Source of the DNA: a virus
Strand: one strand, 5' to 3'
IMG/VR virus record: IMGVR_UViG_3300046787_000316
Span: 32,001-96,000 of that record
DNA: 64,000 bases
In this document: one piece after another, positions 19,216-27,176 of the stretch
Layout: the number at the start of each line of letters is the position of its first letter
Numbering within the stretch: the first letter of the stretch is position 1
The notes under the pieces: generated by a model
The model's input: the letters and a program-made list of their open reading frames with translations, nothing else
Databases searched by the model: none
What the model was told of the DNA's origin: nothing
Translations under genes and position numbers: made by a program

Positions 19216-19584
19216 TTATGATAAACGAACTTTAACAGTTCCCAATGTGTGATATAATCCACCAACCGGAACTCCAGCGGCAGATGCAGATGCATCATTC
19301 CAACCACCGTTTGTAGTTGAACCTGTTACATACGCAAAATCTGTATTTGCCATTTTAGTAGCAATACTACCACTTAAAGATACTCTAGCTGCGTTTGAAG
19401 CTGATACATCGGTATCGGTTGCCAAACCTGCTCCATCTAAAGTTGTTTGTAAATTTGATGCAGAGATATATCCCCAATTACCATCTGTATTCTTTGCTAA
19501 TAATGTTGTTCCTACTACACTTGAGTATTCAGGAAAGTCAGCCGCTTGGCCTGTTATTGTGTACTGTTTTTCTGGGTATGCCAT
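19216..19584 (-). CDS. Putative head decoration / head fibre protein
   Basis: Directly after the major capsid gene; C-terminal DASASAAGVPVGGLYH motif typical of phage fibre tips. Confidence 0.45.
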   Translation of the reverse strand: MAYPEKQYTITGQAADFPEYSSVVGTTLLAKNTDGNWGYISASNLQTTLDGAGLATDTDVSASNAARVSLSGSIATKMANTDFAYVTGSTTNGGWNDASASAAGVPVGGLYHTLGTVKVRLS

Positions 19585-19623
19585 TTTTGTTTTTTTTAGT
19601 TATTGAATTGTAGCAATAAATAT

Positions 19624-19654
19624 AAAAAAAAAGAGGGAACATTACTGCTCCCTC
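19624..19654 (-). terminator. Intrinsic terminator after major capsid gene
   Basis: GAGGGA-10 nt-TCCCTC followed by a long T run on the minus strand. Confidence 0.7.
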
Positions 19655-19680
19655 AATCTTTTTTCTAAAATCCGTTAAGA

Positions 19681-21288
19681 TTAAAGAGTTTCTAATCCAT
19701 CGATTAAGATTTTACCATAGAATTCTGGTCTTACGATTTTCTTAGCGTATCTTGTCATAACTCCTCTTCTTGGAGTGAAGTTAGTTGGGTCATACACTAA
19801 TGGAGTCATAATCAACGGAACGTATGGAGCGTAAACAGCACCTGTTTCGAAGAAGTTAGAACCTTTGAATCCCATTAACGCAACGTTTTCAGTCATGTAA
19901 GGGTTTTTGTAAACATCGTATCTGTTTGAGATTTGTCCGATGTTAGTTACACCAGCTGCGAATGATAAAGCGTCTTTCCCTGGGTTAGCAGAGAATCCGT
20001 TCATAGATTCTAAGATAGTTGCAACGTTTGGAGAAACTACGATAAAGTTTGCTCCACCTCTCATTGTTAATTGGTGAATCTTGTTAGATACTTTTTGTAA
20101 TTTAATACCTAAAGTCTGGAACCAAGTATTTTTTTGGTAAGCAGATGCCGCAGCAGCGTTAGAATCGATAGAGAATCCGTTTCCGTTCCAATCGTATCCA
20201 ACTTTTGCAGACCAATATTCAGTTGTGAAAGCGTTTTGTTGTAACATCTCTAAGATTTCTAAATCAATCTCTAAAGAGATGTATTCAGATAACATTTGAG
20301 TCAACTCAGCTTCTGCATCAACAGAGTGGTATGCGTTCAAATCTTGCGCCAATTCAGGAGTCCAGATTGCTTTTAATTTTCTTGTCTTAGCAACGATAGG
20401 CTCAGATTTCAATTCTAATTCGATTTCTGGGATAGCCAAGTCAGTTCCTCTATCTTCGAAATCACCTCTTGTGATATCAGTAGGTTGAACGTGGTATGCT
20501 AACGATGTTCCAACAGATGGAGCTGTACCTGTTCCACTTACTACGAACTCAACGTTTGTTCCGTTTTTAGTTGTATATTGTGGGAAGTAAGCCAAGTTAG
20601 AACCTGTTGCTAATGTTAATTCGAATGCTCTAATACCATTGAAGTCGGCATCAGCAGGCAATGCTACAGTTACTTTTTTCAATGTGTTTGCTGCGTAAGA
20701 TGCAGAAACAGTAGCGTTAGATAAATCATAATCAATATCACCTAAAGATGCAGATGCAACAGTTGCAGTGATAGCAGCAGTAGCGTTATTGATTGTGTAT
20801 CCGAAACGTCCTGCTCCATATAAACCACCTTCTGTTACTTGAGTAGAACCCAATTTGTTTCCTGATGGAGATAATGAATCTTTACCAAAAGTTCCACCAT
20901 TACCGAATAATGAAGAACCTGTAAAGTTTGGATTACCAGCTGGGTTTGAACCATATTTGAAATCCATATAGAAAATAAGACCTGATGGTAAGTTCATTGG
21001 TTGAACCGAAACGAATTCTTTCGCTGCGATAGAACCGAAGATTCTTCTTACCAATGGTAATGCTACACCAGCCCACTCTTCTGAACCAGATGATGTACCT
21101 GTTCTTGTAGCCTCATCTAATAATTGTTTAGCTTGGTTTTCTAACATTACTGCCATACCATGCTTAGTTGTTTCAGAACCTACTCCTTCAAGTAATCCTG
21201 TTTTTTCCCATTTACCTTTCAAACCTCTAGTTTGTTCAAGCATAACGCTTTGTGGGTTAGCGCCGTTCATTAATTTTTTTAAGTCCAT
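19681..21288 (-). CDS. gp23: Major capsid protein (T4 gp23-like)
   Basis: FVSVQPMNLPSGLIF, AKTRKLKAIWTPELAQDLNAYHSVDAEAELTQMLSEYISLEID, YAPYVPL, PRRGVMTRY. Confidence 0.97.
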   Translation of the reverse strand: MDLKKLMNGANPQSVMLEQTRGLKGKWEKTGLLEGVGSETTKHGMAVMLENQAKQLLDEATRTGTSSGSEEWAGVALPLVRRIFGSIAAKEFVSVQPMNLPSGLIFYMDFKYGSNPAGNPNFTGSSLFGNGGTFGKDSLSPSGNKLGSTQVTEGGLYGAGRFGYTINNATAAITATVASASLGDIDYDLSNATVSASYAANTLKKVTVALPADADFNGIRAFELTLATGSNLAYFPQYTTKNGTNVEFVVSGTGTAPSVGTSLAYHVQPTDITRGDFEDRGTDLAIPEIELELKSEPIVAKTRKLKAIWTPELAQDLNAYHSVDAEAELTQMLSEYISLEIDLEILEMLQQNAFTTEYWSAKVGYDWNGNGFSIDSNAAAASAYQKNTWFQTLGIKLQKVSNKIHQLTMRGGANFIVVSPNVATILESMNGFSANPGKDALSFAAGVTNIGQISNRYDVYKNPYMTENVALMGFKGSNFFETGAVYAPYVPLIMTPLVYDPTNFTPRRGVMTRYAKKIVRPEFYGKILIDGLETL

Positions 21289-21316
21289 TTTATGTCCTTT
21301 GTGTTTTTGTGATTAA

Positions 21317-22567
21317 TTATTTTAAAATACCTGCTAATTTTTTGAATCTATCAGATAATTGAGTGCTTTCTGCAATTACTTGCTTAGTTGCTTTTGGTGC
21401 AGTTGATTTAACTACTTTACTTGCAATACCCTCTGTGATTGATTTTTTAGCGATTTTGTTAGATGAAGTGTATTTGAAGTTCTCTGCTAATGTAGAGAAT
21501 ACCAATTTAACCTCTCTTACTGATTTAGTTCTATCCAAAGTTTCGATTACTTTCACTTTTTGTTCGTTAGTCATATTATGAGCTCTGAACAATTTGTTAG
21601 CGAATAATAATTTTGCGTTTAACAAATTAACTTCGTTGATAGTTCTTTGTAATGATTTGATAGTTTTGTAAGCTTCTTGTAAATCCTGTGCAGTTGCAGA
21701 GTCTTTTTCTTCAGCGTCATCACCTTTCATATCATTTTCCATTTCACGAAGGATTTCTTCCAAATCGATAGTTTCGCTATCTTCTTCTTCACCTTCGTTT
21801 GTTACAACAACTTTAGGAGTTTCTCCTTTGTCAGTTCCAGCTTCTGAACCATCTGCTAAATTTTCATTAGCTGCGAAAGGGTTTTCTTCTGCAGGAGCTT
21901 CTTCTTCCGAAGCTTCTTCATCGCCTTCACCATCCATTGCTGCTTCTAATTCTCTAATGATAGCCTCTAATGTGTTATCATCTTCTGAATCATCTGAATC
22001 CATACCCATGTCCATTTCATCATCACCTTCAGCTGCTGCGAAAGGGTTTTCTTCTGAATCCATACCCATGTCCATTTCATCATCACCTTCTGTTTGTGCA
22101 AAAGGATTTTCTTCTTCCGAATCTTCTCCTTCTAATTCTGCCAATCTAGCTTTCAATTCTGCAATCTCTGCATCTTTGTCACCTTCTTGGTCAGCAAAAG
22201 GGTTTTCTTCTTCTTCGTTGATATCTGCTACTTTAGTGTAGTCAGTACCAGCCGCTTCTGGCTTACCACCATCTTTAGTTACACCTACTGATAAATCAGT
22301 GTCTGCATCTAATGTTGGAGTTGCACCAGGAGTTTCAGCGTATCCAGCTTCTACTTTAGAACCGATACCATCTGAACTTAATTCCTCGTCTACTTTTTCA
22401 GCATCCATATCCTCAGCTTCAGCTTCTGCTCTCATTTTTTGAGATAACATAGATTGAAGTCTTGGAGTGAAAGCTTCTTCAAGCGCAAGTTTTGCGTTAG
22501 CTAATGCAGTTTCTTTAACAGCTTTAGCATCAGCAATTGCTTCTTTCAAAAGTTTTGAATTTGCCAT
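21317..22567 (-). CDS. gp22: Prohead scaffolding/core protein (T4 gp22-like)
   Basis: Very acidic, helical, immediately upstream of the capsid gene; C-terminal DRFKKLAGI. Confidence 0.75.
   Translation of the reverse strand: MANSKLLKEAIADAKAVKETALANAKLALEEAFTPRLQSMLSQKMRAEAEAEDMDAEKVDEELSSDGIGSKVEAGYAETPGATPTLDADTDLSVGVTKDGGKPEAAGTDYTKVADINEEEENPFADQEGDKDAEIAELKARLAELEGEDSEEENPFAQTEGDDEMDMGMDSEENPFAAAEGDDEMDMGMDSDDSEDDNTLEAIIRELEAAMDGEGDEEASEEEAPAEENPFAANENLADGSEAGTDKGETPKVVVTNEGEEEDSETIDLEEILREMENDMKGDDAEEKDSATAQDLQEAYKTIKSLQRTINEVNLLNAKLLFANKLFRAHNMTNEQKVKVIETLDRTKSVREVKLVFSTLAENFKYTSSNKIAKKSITEGIASKVVKSTAPKATKQVIAESTQLSDRFKKLAGILK
21981..22100 (-). repeat. ~60-bp tandem duplication in scaffold gene (EENPFA...EGDDEMDMGMDS)
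   Basis: tctgaatccatacccatgtccatttcatcatcaccttc occurs twice 60 nt apart. Confidence 0.85.
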
Positions 22568-22723
22568 TCTTTTTTTCTCCTTGTTTGATTGTGAAGTTAT
22601 TTATAGGAAACTCCAATAGAATTATGTTGATTGTTCGGTCACGCCTTATAGAGAAGGGTATTCATTAATCAACTATTACCTTTAATATAATCCTTTATGA
22701 GAAAGGATATTTGAGAATAAATA
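22568..22723 (-). promoter_or_regulatory. Structured 5' leader of the scaffold/capsid operon
   Basis: Stems 22690-22696/22702-22708, 22626-22632/22667-22673 and inner 22644-22647/22654-22657; upstream AATAAATA-type motif at 22716-22723. Confidence 0.45.
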
Positions 22724-22746
22724 TATAATTTTTTAGAAAACTAAAG

Positions 22747-22770
22747 AAAAATCCCAAATTTCTTTGGGAT
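22747..22770 (-). terminator. Intrinsic terminator
   Basis: ATCCCAAA-4 nt-TTTGGGAT then T run on the minus strand after 22792..23163. Confidence 0.7.
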
Positions 22771-22791
22771 TCTTAGTTTTTTTTATTATTT

Positions 22792-23163
22792 TTATTGGTG
22801 GTTAACCAATTTATATTTAGTTTTGTATAATAAAGATACAACGGTATCGATATCATTTTGTATCCAACTATCTTGTAATTTTGGACTTGTTCTTAGTTTT
22901 GCAACTAAATCACATAATGTTTGGAAGTAATTAATAATGTTTTTAATATCATTATTCTTATCCAATGTTCCTATGCCTGATATTTGAATTAATCCTTCTT
23001 TACCTTGGTATGCTTCGACTAATCCATCTACTAAATCGCCGATTGAATCATAATAATCACCTAATGCAAGGTGAGCGGAATGTGAACCGATTCCTTTTAC
23101 GCCCCAATGAAATGAGTGAGCTTGAGTTCTACTCTGTAACAATAATGATGCTAATTCTTCCAT
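22792..23163 (-). CDS. Ferritin/Dps-like four-helix protein
   Basis: QAHSFHWGVKG...HLALGDYYD...DGLVEAYQG mirrors the Dps HWNVKG...H...Y...D..AE pattern. Confidence 0.65.
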   Translation of the reverse strand: MEELASLLLQSRTQAHSFHWGVKGIGSHSAHLALGDYYDSIGDLVDGLVEAYQGKEGLIQISGIGTLDKNNDIKNIINYFQTLCDLVAKLRTSPKLQDSWIQNDIDTVVSLLYKTKYKLVNHQ

Positions 23164-23171
23164 TTTTTAAT

Positions 23172-23855
23172 TTACATTTTTCCACCGGCGATATCACCAA
23201 CTATAAAGTCGGCATCATCGGCATATTTTTTTGAACATATTACAAAATTTCCACCACCTACTTTAATCCAAAAGTGAGGAATACCCGAAGTAGTAAAATC
23301 AGCCTTATACCCAGCTGCTTTTAATTTAGGACCTAATCCAATTAGAGAGCCACCACCATCAACGTGTTGCGTAACAACATCTTTAATTTTAGTTATCTCC
23401 GATTGAGATATACCTTCTGTTAAGGTTTTGTTACAAGCGCTACATTCTTGTAATCCTAATCTCTGTTTCATCACTTCTTCCGAAACATCGGCGATTTCAA
23501 AGTATCTACCCAATACGTGTCCCATATCTTCGTATAATGCTTCTAATCTTTGTTGCTGCGATTGAGCTTCTAATGCTTCTTTTTCAAATGCACTTTGTAG
23601 TTTTTTTAACTCATTCATATTACGTTTAATCGTAACTCTATCGAACCAATCACCACCTTCTCTTAAAGTATATTCTTGTGCTGCATCAGCTATACCACCT
23701 AAAGTTTCTGCAATCTGTCTGATATCAGACTTTCTGCTCATTCCTTCTCTATGTTGTCCATAGGTAGAAATGATTTCCAAAAAATGTTTTTTCATTTCAT
23801 TTGGAAGTTGCTGAAACTCTTCAGCTTCTTTTAATAAATCTGTTAAACGTATCAT
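23172..23855 (-). CDS. Putative internal head protein
   Basis: MIRLTDLLKE leader and several [ILV]xE sites; beside prohead protease. Confidence 0.5.
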   Translation of the reverse strand: MIRLTDLLKEAEEFQQLPNEMKKHFLEIISTYGQHREGMSRKSDIRQIAETLGGIADAAQEYTLREGGDWFDRVTIKRNMNELKKLQSAFEKEALEAQSQQQRLEALYEDMGHVLGRYFEIADVSEEVMKQRLGLQECSACNKTLTEGISQSEITKIKDVVTQHVDGGGSLIGLGPKLKAAGYKADFTTSGIPHFWIKVGGGNFVICSKKYADDADFIVGDIAGGKM

Positions 23856-23856
23856 A

Positions 23857-24108
23857 TTATTTTTTTAAAATATCGTTTTTCTTAATGTTTTGGATATATC
23901 TCATTAATTCCTGTCTATCCATTCCCATTGCTTCGATTACTTTAGCAAGAACAAGCATCTCCTTTTTACGATTAAGGTTCATTCCCTTAATTTGCGATAC
24001 CATCTTATCCAAATATCTTTCAACGGCTTGTGGTAATGTTGTATCCAAATCTTCTAAAGATTCTTTAACATTCATTTGTTTACCAGGCACTAAGTTTACT
24101 AATTTCAT
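23857..24108 (-). CDS. Putative internal head protein
   Basis: MKLVNLVPGKQMNVKE leader; head cluster context. Confidence 0.45.
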   Translation of the reverse strand: MKLVNLVPGKQMNVKESLEDLDTTLPQAVERYLDKMVSQIKGMNLNRKKEMLVLAKVIEAMGMDRQELMRYIQNIKKNDILKK

Positions 24109-24113
24109 ATTTG

Positions 24114-24704
24114 TTAGTTTATTTCAATTATAATTTCTCTCATCAAATCTTGTGCTCTACACCATTTACCACATTCATCTGCGATTTTAGCCCATTGCTT
24201 TGATTCATTCATTGGCGCCATAAATGCTCCGTGTGTAGATGGATTTGAAACAAAATCCCAACCCACTAATTCAAAATCTTCTTGAACCATTACAGTCCCA
24301 TCTCTAAGTTCTTTAACAGAACCTAAACCTCTTGATGAAATTCCTAAACGAATATTGTTTTTTAACAATTCTCTCAAAATGTTTCCAGATGGAGTTGATA
24401 GAATTTCTACCACACCACATACATCATCCCCTTCCCAATAGATTTCTCTAATGTTATGAGATACATTTTTTAAATTGATTACGGGAGAATCTGGATGGTC
24501 TAACTCACCAAGAGCTCTTCTCTCTTTAATAAGTTGCTGATATTTGTTACACTCTCTTTCTAAGATGTCTTTTGGATATCTTCTATGATTTTGGTTTGGT
24601 GCTCCAGCTCTTTGCAAGATACCCTTAACTAAATAAGTTCCGTTTTCTTCCTGAACCATTTTAGCTTCAAACAAATGGGTTTCTATCAATAATCCTTTAT
24701 TCAT
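24114..24704 (-). CDS. gp21: Prohead core protease (T4 gp21-like)
   Basis: NQNHRRYP, ALGELDHP (catalytic His), GISSRGLGS (catalytic Ser), WDFVSNPSTHGA. Confidence 0.95.
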   Translation of the reverse strand: MNKGLLIETHLFEAKMVQEENGTYLVKGILQRAGAPNQNHRRYPKDILERECNKYQQLIKERRALGELDHPDSPVINLKNVSHNIREIYWEGDDVCGVVEILSTPSGNILRELLKNNIRLGISSRGLGSVKELRDGTVMVQEDFELVGWDFVSNPSTHGAFMAPMNESKQWAKIADECGKWCRAQDLMREIIIEIN

Positions 24705-24705
24705 C

Positions 24706-25131
24706 TTACTTTATATCATTTTTAACTTTTTCGATTGCCTTATTGGTGATAGAAGTATCACTCCAAGCTTTCAAAAATATATCCTTTAATCCTTTTTCTA
24801 TTTCAGTATCGGATACCTTACCATCGTATGAATCAACTACTTTTTTAATTTGAGTTTGAACGATTGGCAATTTAACCATTTTTTTAGCAGTAGTATCATC
24901 GATACCTTTTTTTACATCAATCATATTTGAAACATCATTGATGAATTTTTTATCATCCGATAAGGTATCTAATATATTCTTAACGGCTTCGGTTGAATCC
25001 TTTCCACCATTAAAATATCGATATCCTCGTTCTGCTAACTCAACTATCCAATAAAAGATAATCTTACCTATAAGTATTGTTCCCAATGTGGTTAATATAC
25101 CTACGGCAAGATTCTCATCTACTTTTTTTTT
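24706..25131 (-). CDS. Head-cluster protein with hydrophobic N-terminal helix; probably the -1 frame continuation of 25119..25424
   Basis: Track start is a TTG at 25086; the frame stays open upstream as KKKVDENLAVGILTTLG to a stop at 25132-25134 with no ATG. Confidence 0.55.
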   Translation of the reverse strand, partial: KKKVDENLAVGILTTLGTILIGKIIFYWIVELAERGYRYFNGGKDSTEAVKNILDTLSDDKKFINDVSNMIDVKKGIDDTTAKKMVKLPIVQTQIKKVVDSYDGKVSDTEIEKGLKDIFLKAWSDTSITNKAIEKVKNDIK

Positions 25132-25424
25132 TTACTTTCGTCTTTTCTTAACTTAGCTAAATCCGAACCTTCAATCTCACCATCTTTATCAACATCTAAT
25201 TTCTTTTGTCCTGCTGATAATTCTGCTTCATTATATCCTCGTAATTTACCTTCGTTTTTAGCTTGAAATGCTTTATCAACTGCATTAAAGAATTTTTTCT
25301 TATCATCATCAGACATATCTACGATTGATTTACCATGTCTATTCAACATAGTTTTGAACAATTGTTGATAATCTTCTTCTTCTTTAATTACTTGCTTTAC
25401 AAACTCTCTTAGTTGACTTTTCAT
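25119..25424 (-). CDS. Putative internal head protein with EF-hand-like loop
   Basis: LDVDKDGEIEGSDL (DxDxDG loop); MKSQLREFVKQVIKE leader; ends in an A11 run then TAG. Confidence 0.6.
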   Translation of the reverse strand: MKSQLREFVKQVIKEEEDYQQLFKTMLNRHGKSIVDMSDDDKKKFFNAVDKAFQAKNEGKLRGYNEAELSAGQKKLDVDKDGEIEGSDLAKLRKDESKKKK

Positions 25425-25444
25425 TATTATAGTATGTTATATAA

Positions 25445-25452
25445 TATAAATA
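25445..25452 (-). promoter_or_regulatory. TATTTATA upstream motif
   Basis: 20 nt before ATG 25424. Confidence 0.5.
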
Positions 25453-25455
25453 TAG

Positions 25456-25998
25456 TTATTTTTTAAATTCACTAACTACTGAATAACCAGTCAAGTCAGC
25501 TTGCCTTTTACCTTTTGATTTTTCACTTTCAGGTTTACCAAATGCAAATGGAGTATTATATTCACCAGCAGCTCCGCTAGTATTCATCTCATCCACATCA
25601 GCTTTCAATTCAACATCTTTATACATACCACTCACCTTCGCCTCTAATTCATCTGCGAATTTCTTTTTAAGAGTTTGTAGTTGTTTTAAACGTTCAACGG
25701 CTTTCTTTTCGTTTGGAGTTCCTTTTGATTTTTTATACAATTCCAAAGTTTGTGCAATTGCATCAACGGTTTTCATATAATCGGTTTGAATGGATTTAAC
25801 TCCTCTCAATTCGTTTATCACCATTTCTTTTACGTGGTCTGGCAATCCTTTATGTTTGGTAGATGCAAAATCCTTAGCGGCTTTATCATCCATATCTTTT
25901 GATACTTTGGCAACTTCCGGTGATGCAGGAGTTTCACCTTTATCAGCGGCATGTACCATACCCATAAATCTTTGTTGTGCTTTTGATTGTGCTGGCAT
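25456..25998 (-). CDS. Head-cluster protein with DUF3008-like N-terminus
   Basis: MPAQSKAQQRFMGMVHA...AKDFASTKHKGLP motif; internal INE and VDE sites. Confidence 0.55.
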   Translation of the reverse strand: MPAQSKAQQRFMGMVHAADKGETPASPEVAKVSKDMDDKAAKDFASTKHKGLPDHVKEMVINELRGVKSIQTDYMKTVDAIAQTLELYKKSKGTPNEKKAVERLKQLQTLKKKFADELEAKVSGMYKDVELKADVDEMNTSGAAGEYNTPFAFGKPESEKSKGKRQADLTGYSVVSEFKK

Positions 25999-26008
25999 CG
26001 TTATAGTT

Positions 26009-26254
26009 TTATGCTAATACATAAACTGAACCACCATTGGTTACAGTTACATTTTGTACATAACAAGGAAAAGGTTGACCCGCTGTCAAATGTTCCAATG
26101 CGATTGTAGGATGTACTGTACTACCAGTTCCAAATCCTTCCAATGTAATAGTACCGGTAACACCACTTACAGGCAATACACCCCAAGCTCTGTCAACTAA
26201 GGCAGTTGAACCAGATGTTACTAATTTTGCGTTAAATGTTCTATAATTTACCAT
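26009..26254 (-). CDS. Small beta-rich virion protein (possible head spike-base-like)
   Basis: LTAGQPFPCYVQNVTVTNGGSVYVL resembles spike-base family C-terminus; weak. Confidence 0.4.
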   Translation of the reverse strand: MVNYRTFNAKLVTSGSTALVDRAWGVLPVSGVTGTITLEGFGTGSTVHPTIALEHLTAGQPFPCYVQNVTVTNGGSVYVLA

Positions 26255-26257
26255 TTT

Positions 26258-27133
26258 TTATTTTTTTATCGATTGTTTTAATTCGTTTAATAACTCATAA
26301 GTCATCATTAATGCTGAAAGGTGTTGTTCTTTAATCTTTTTTACAGATTTTACCTTCTTAACATTTGCAATCGTTTCTGCTAATTTAATTTTAGTTACCT
26401 TATCCGAAATTTGAGAACCTACCTCTTTTAAGTTTGCTATTAATGTATTAACTTCGGCGATAACGTAATCGTTTAATTTACCAGTGTTGTTAATATTGTT
26501 AATATATTCTCTTAATAAAGATTTTTGTTCGGTTGTTAAGTTCTTATACTTTGTATTAAAACTTTCAATTAATAGTTTGTAAGATACTGCTCTTAAATCT
26601 TCATCTTGCTTTCTATATTCTTCTAAAACTGCATCTTTTAATTTAGAATCTTTGTTCTGAATTGATGAGTTAATAATATTTTCTGCAATAGTGAAACGTG
26701 AGTTAACAATATCGGTTGGTTCAAATTGCTCATCTATCGTTACAACCTCAAATATTTTGTAGATTGATGCAAGAGTTTTATAATTTGAAATAGGAGATTT
26801 AATAAACTCATCTAAATTGTAAGTATCTTTAATCTCTTTTATAAGATTATACTTCTCTTTTGTAAGTTTTTTCTCGTCTAATCTTTTACGAGCTTCGCAA
26901 ATAGTATCGATAAATTTCTCAGCTTTTGCTTCTGAATTGTATTTCTCATTAATAAGATATTGATACAACTTTAATTCTTTCGATAATTCTTTTTTAGAAT
27001 TGAAATGCTCTTTTAAAATCTTTTCAGCCGTTGACTTATCAGCAGACATGATTTCAGATGTAATTTGTCTTACTAATAGTTCAAATATAAATCCCGTATT
27101 TTTAAACTTCGAATGTTTTATTTTTTTCATCAA
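26258..27133 (-). CDS. Conserved helical protein downstream of portal (possible prohead core component)
   Basis: 291-aa Lys/Glu-rich ORF with own upstream motif; function not recognisable. Confidence 0.55.
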   Translation of the reverse strand: MMKKIKHSKFKNTGFIFELLVRQITSEIMSADKSTAEKILKEHFNSKKELSKELKLYQYLINEKYNSEAKAEKFIDTICEARKRLDEKKLTKEKYNLIKEIKDTYNLDEFIKSPISNYKTLASIYKIFEVVTIDEQFEPTDIVNSRFTIAENIINSSIQNKDSKLKDAVLEEYRKQDEDLRAVSYKLLIESFNTKYKNLTTEQKSLLREYINNINNTGKLNDYVIAEVNTLIANLKEVGSQISDKVTKIKLAETIANVKKVKSVKKIKEQHLSALMMTYELLNELKQSIKK

Positions 27134-27150
27134 TTGTGTAATTTGTCAGA

Positions 27151-27158
27151 TATAAATA
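27151..27158 (-). promoter_or_regulatory. TATTTATA upstream motif
   Basis: 17 nt before ATG 27133. Confidence 0.5.
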
Positions 27159-27176
27159 TGTTTTATTATTGGATTA

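Noticed and set aside
21860-22215. NPF as a eukaryotic EH-domain-binding motif
   Set aside because: Bacterial host context; no reason to invoke endocytic adaptors.
22598-22605. Canonical T4 late promoter TATAAATA on the sense strand
   Set aside because: Only one such intergenic copy noticed against many in the opposite orientation; it lies within a predicted leader stem and may be chance.
22737-22780. AAAACTAA and its complement flanking the 22747 hairpin as a second RHH operator
   Set aside because: Explained as A/T-rich extension of the terminator stem and not in 10-bp phased direct orientation.
25101-25118. ATG right after the 25119 stop as start of the downstream gene
   Set aside because: That frame closes after five codons (MRILP-stop) and is not the frame of 24706..25086.
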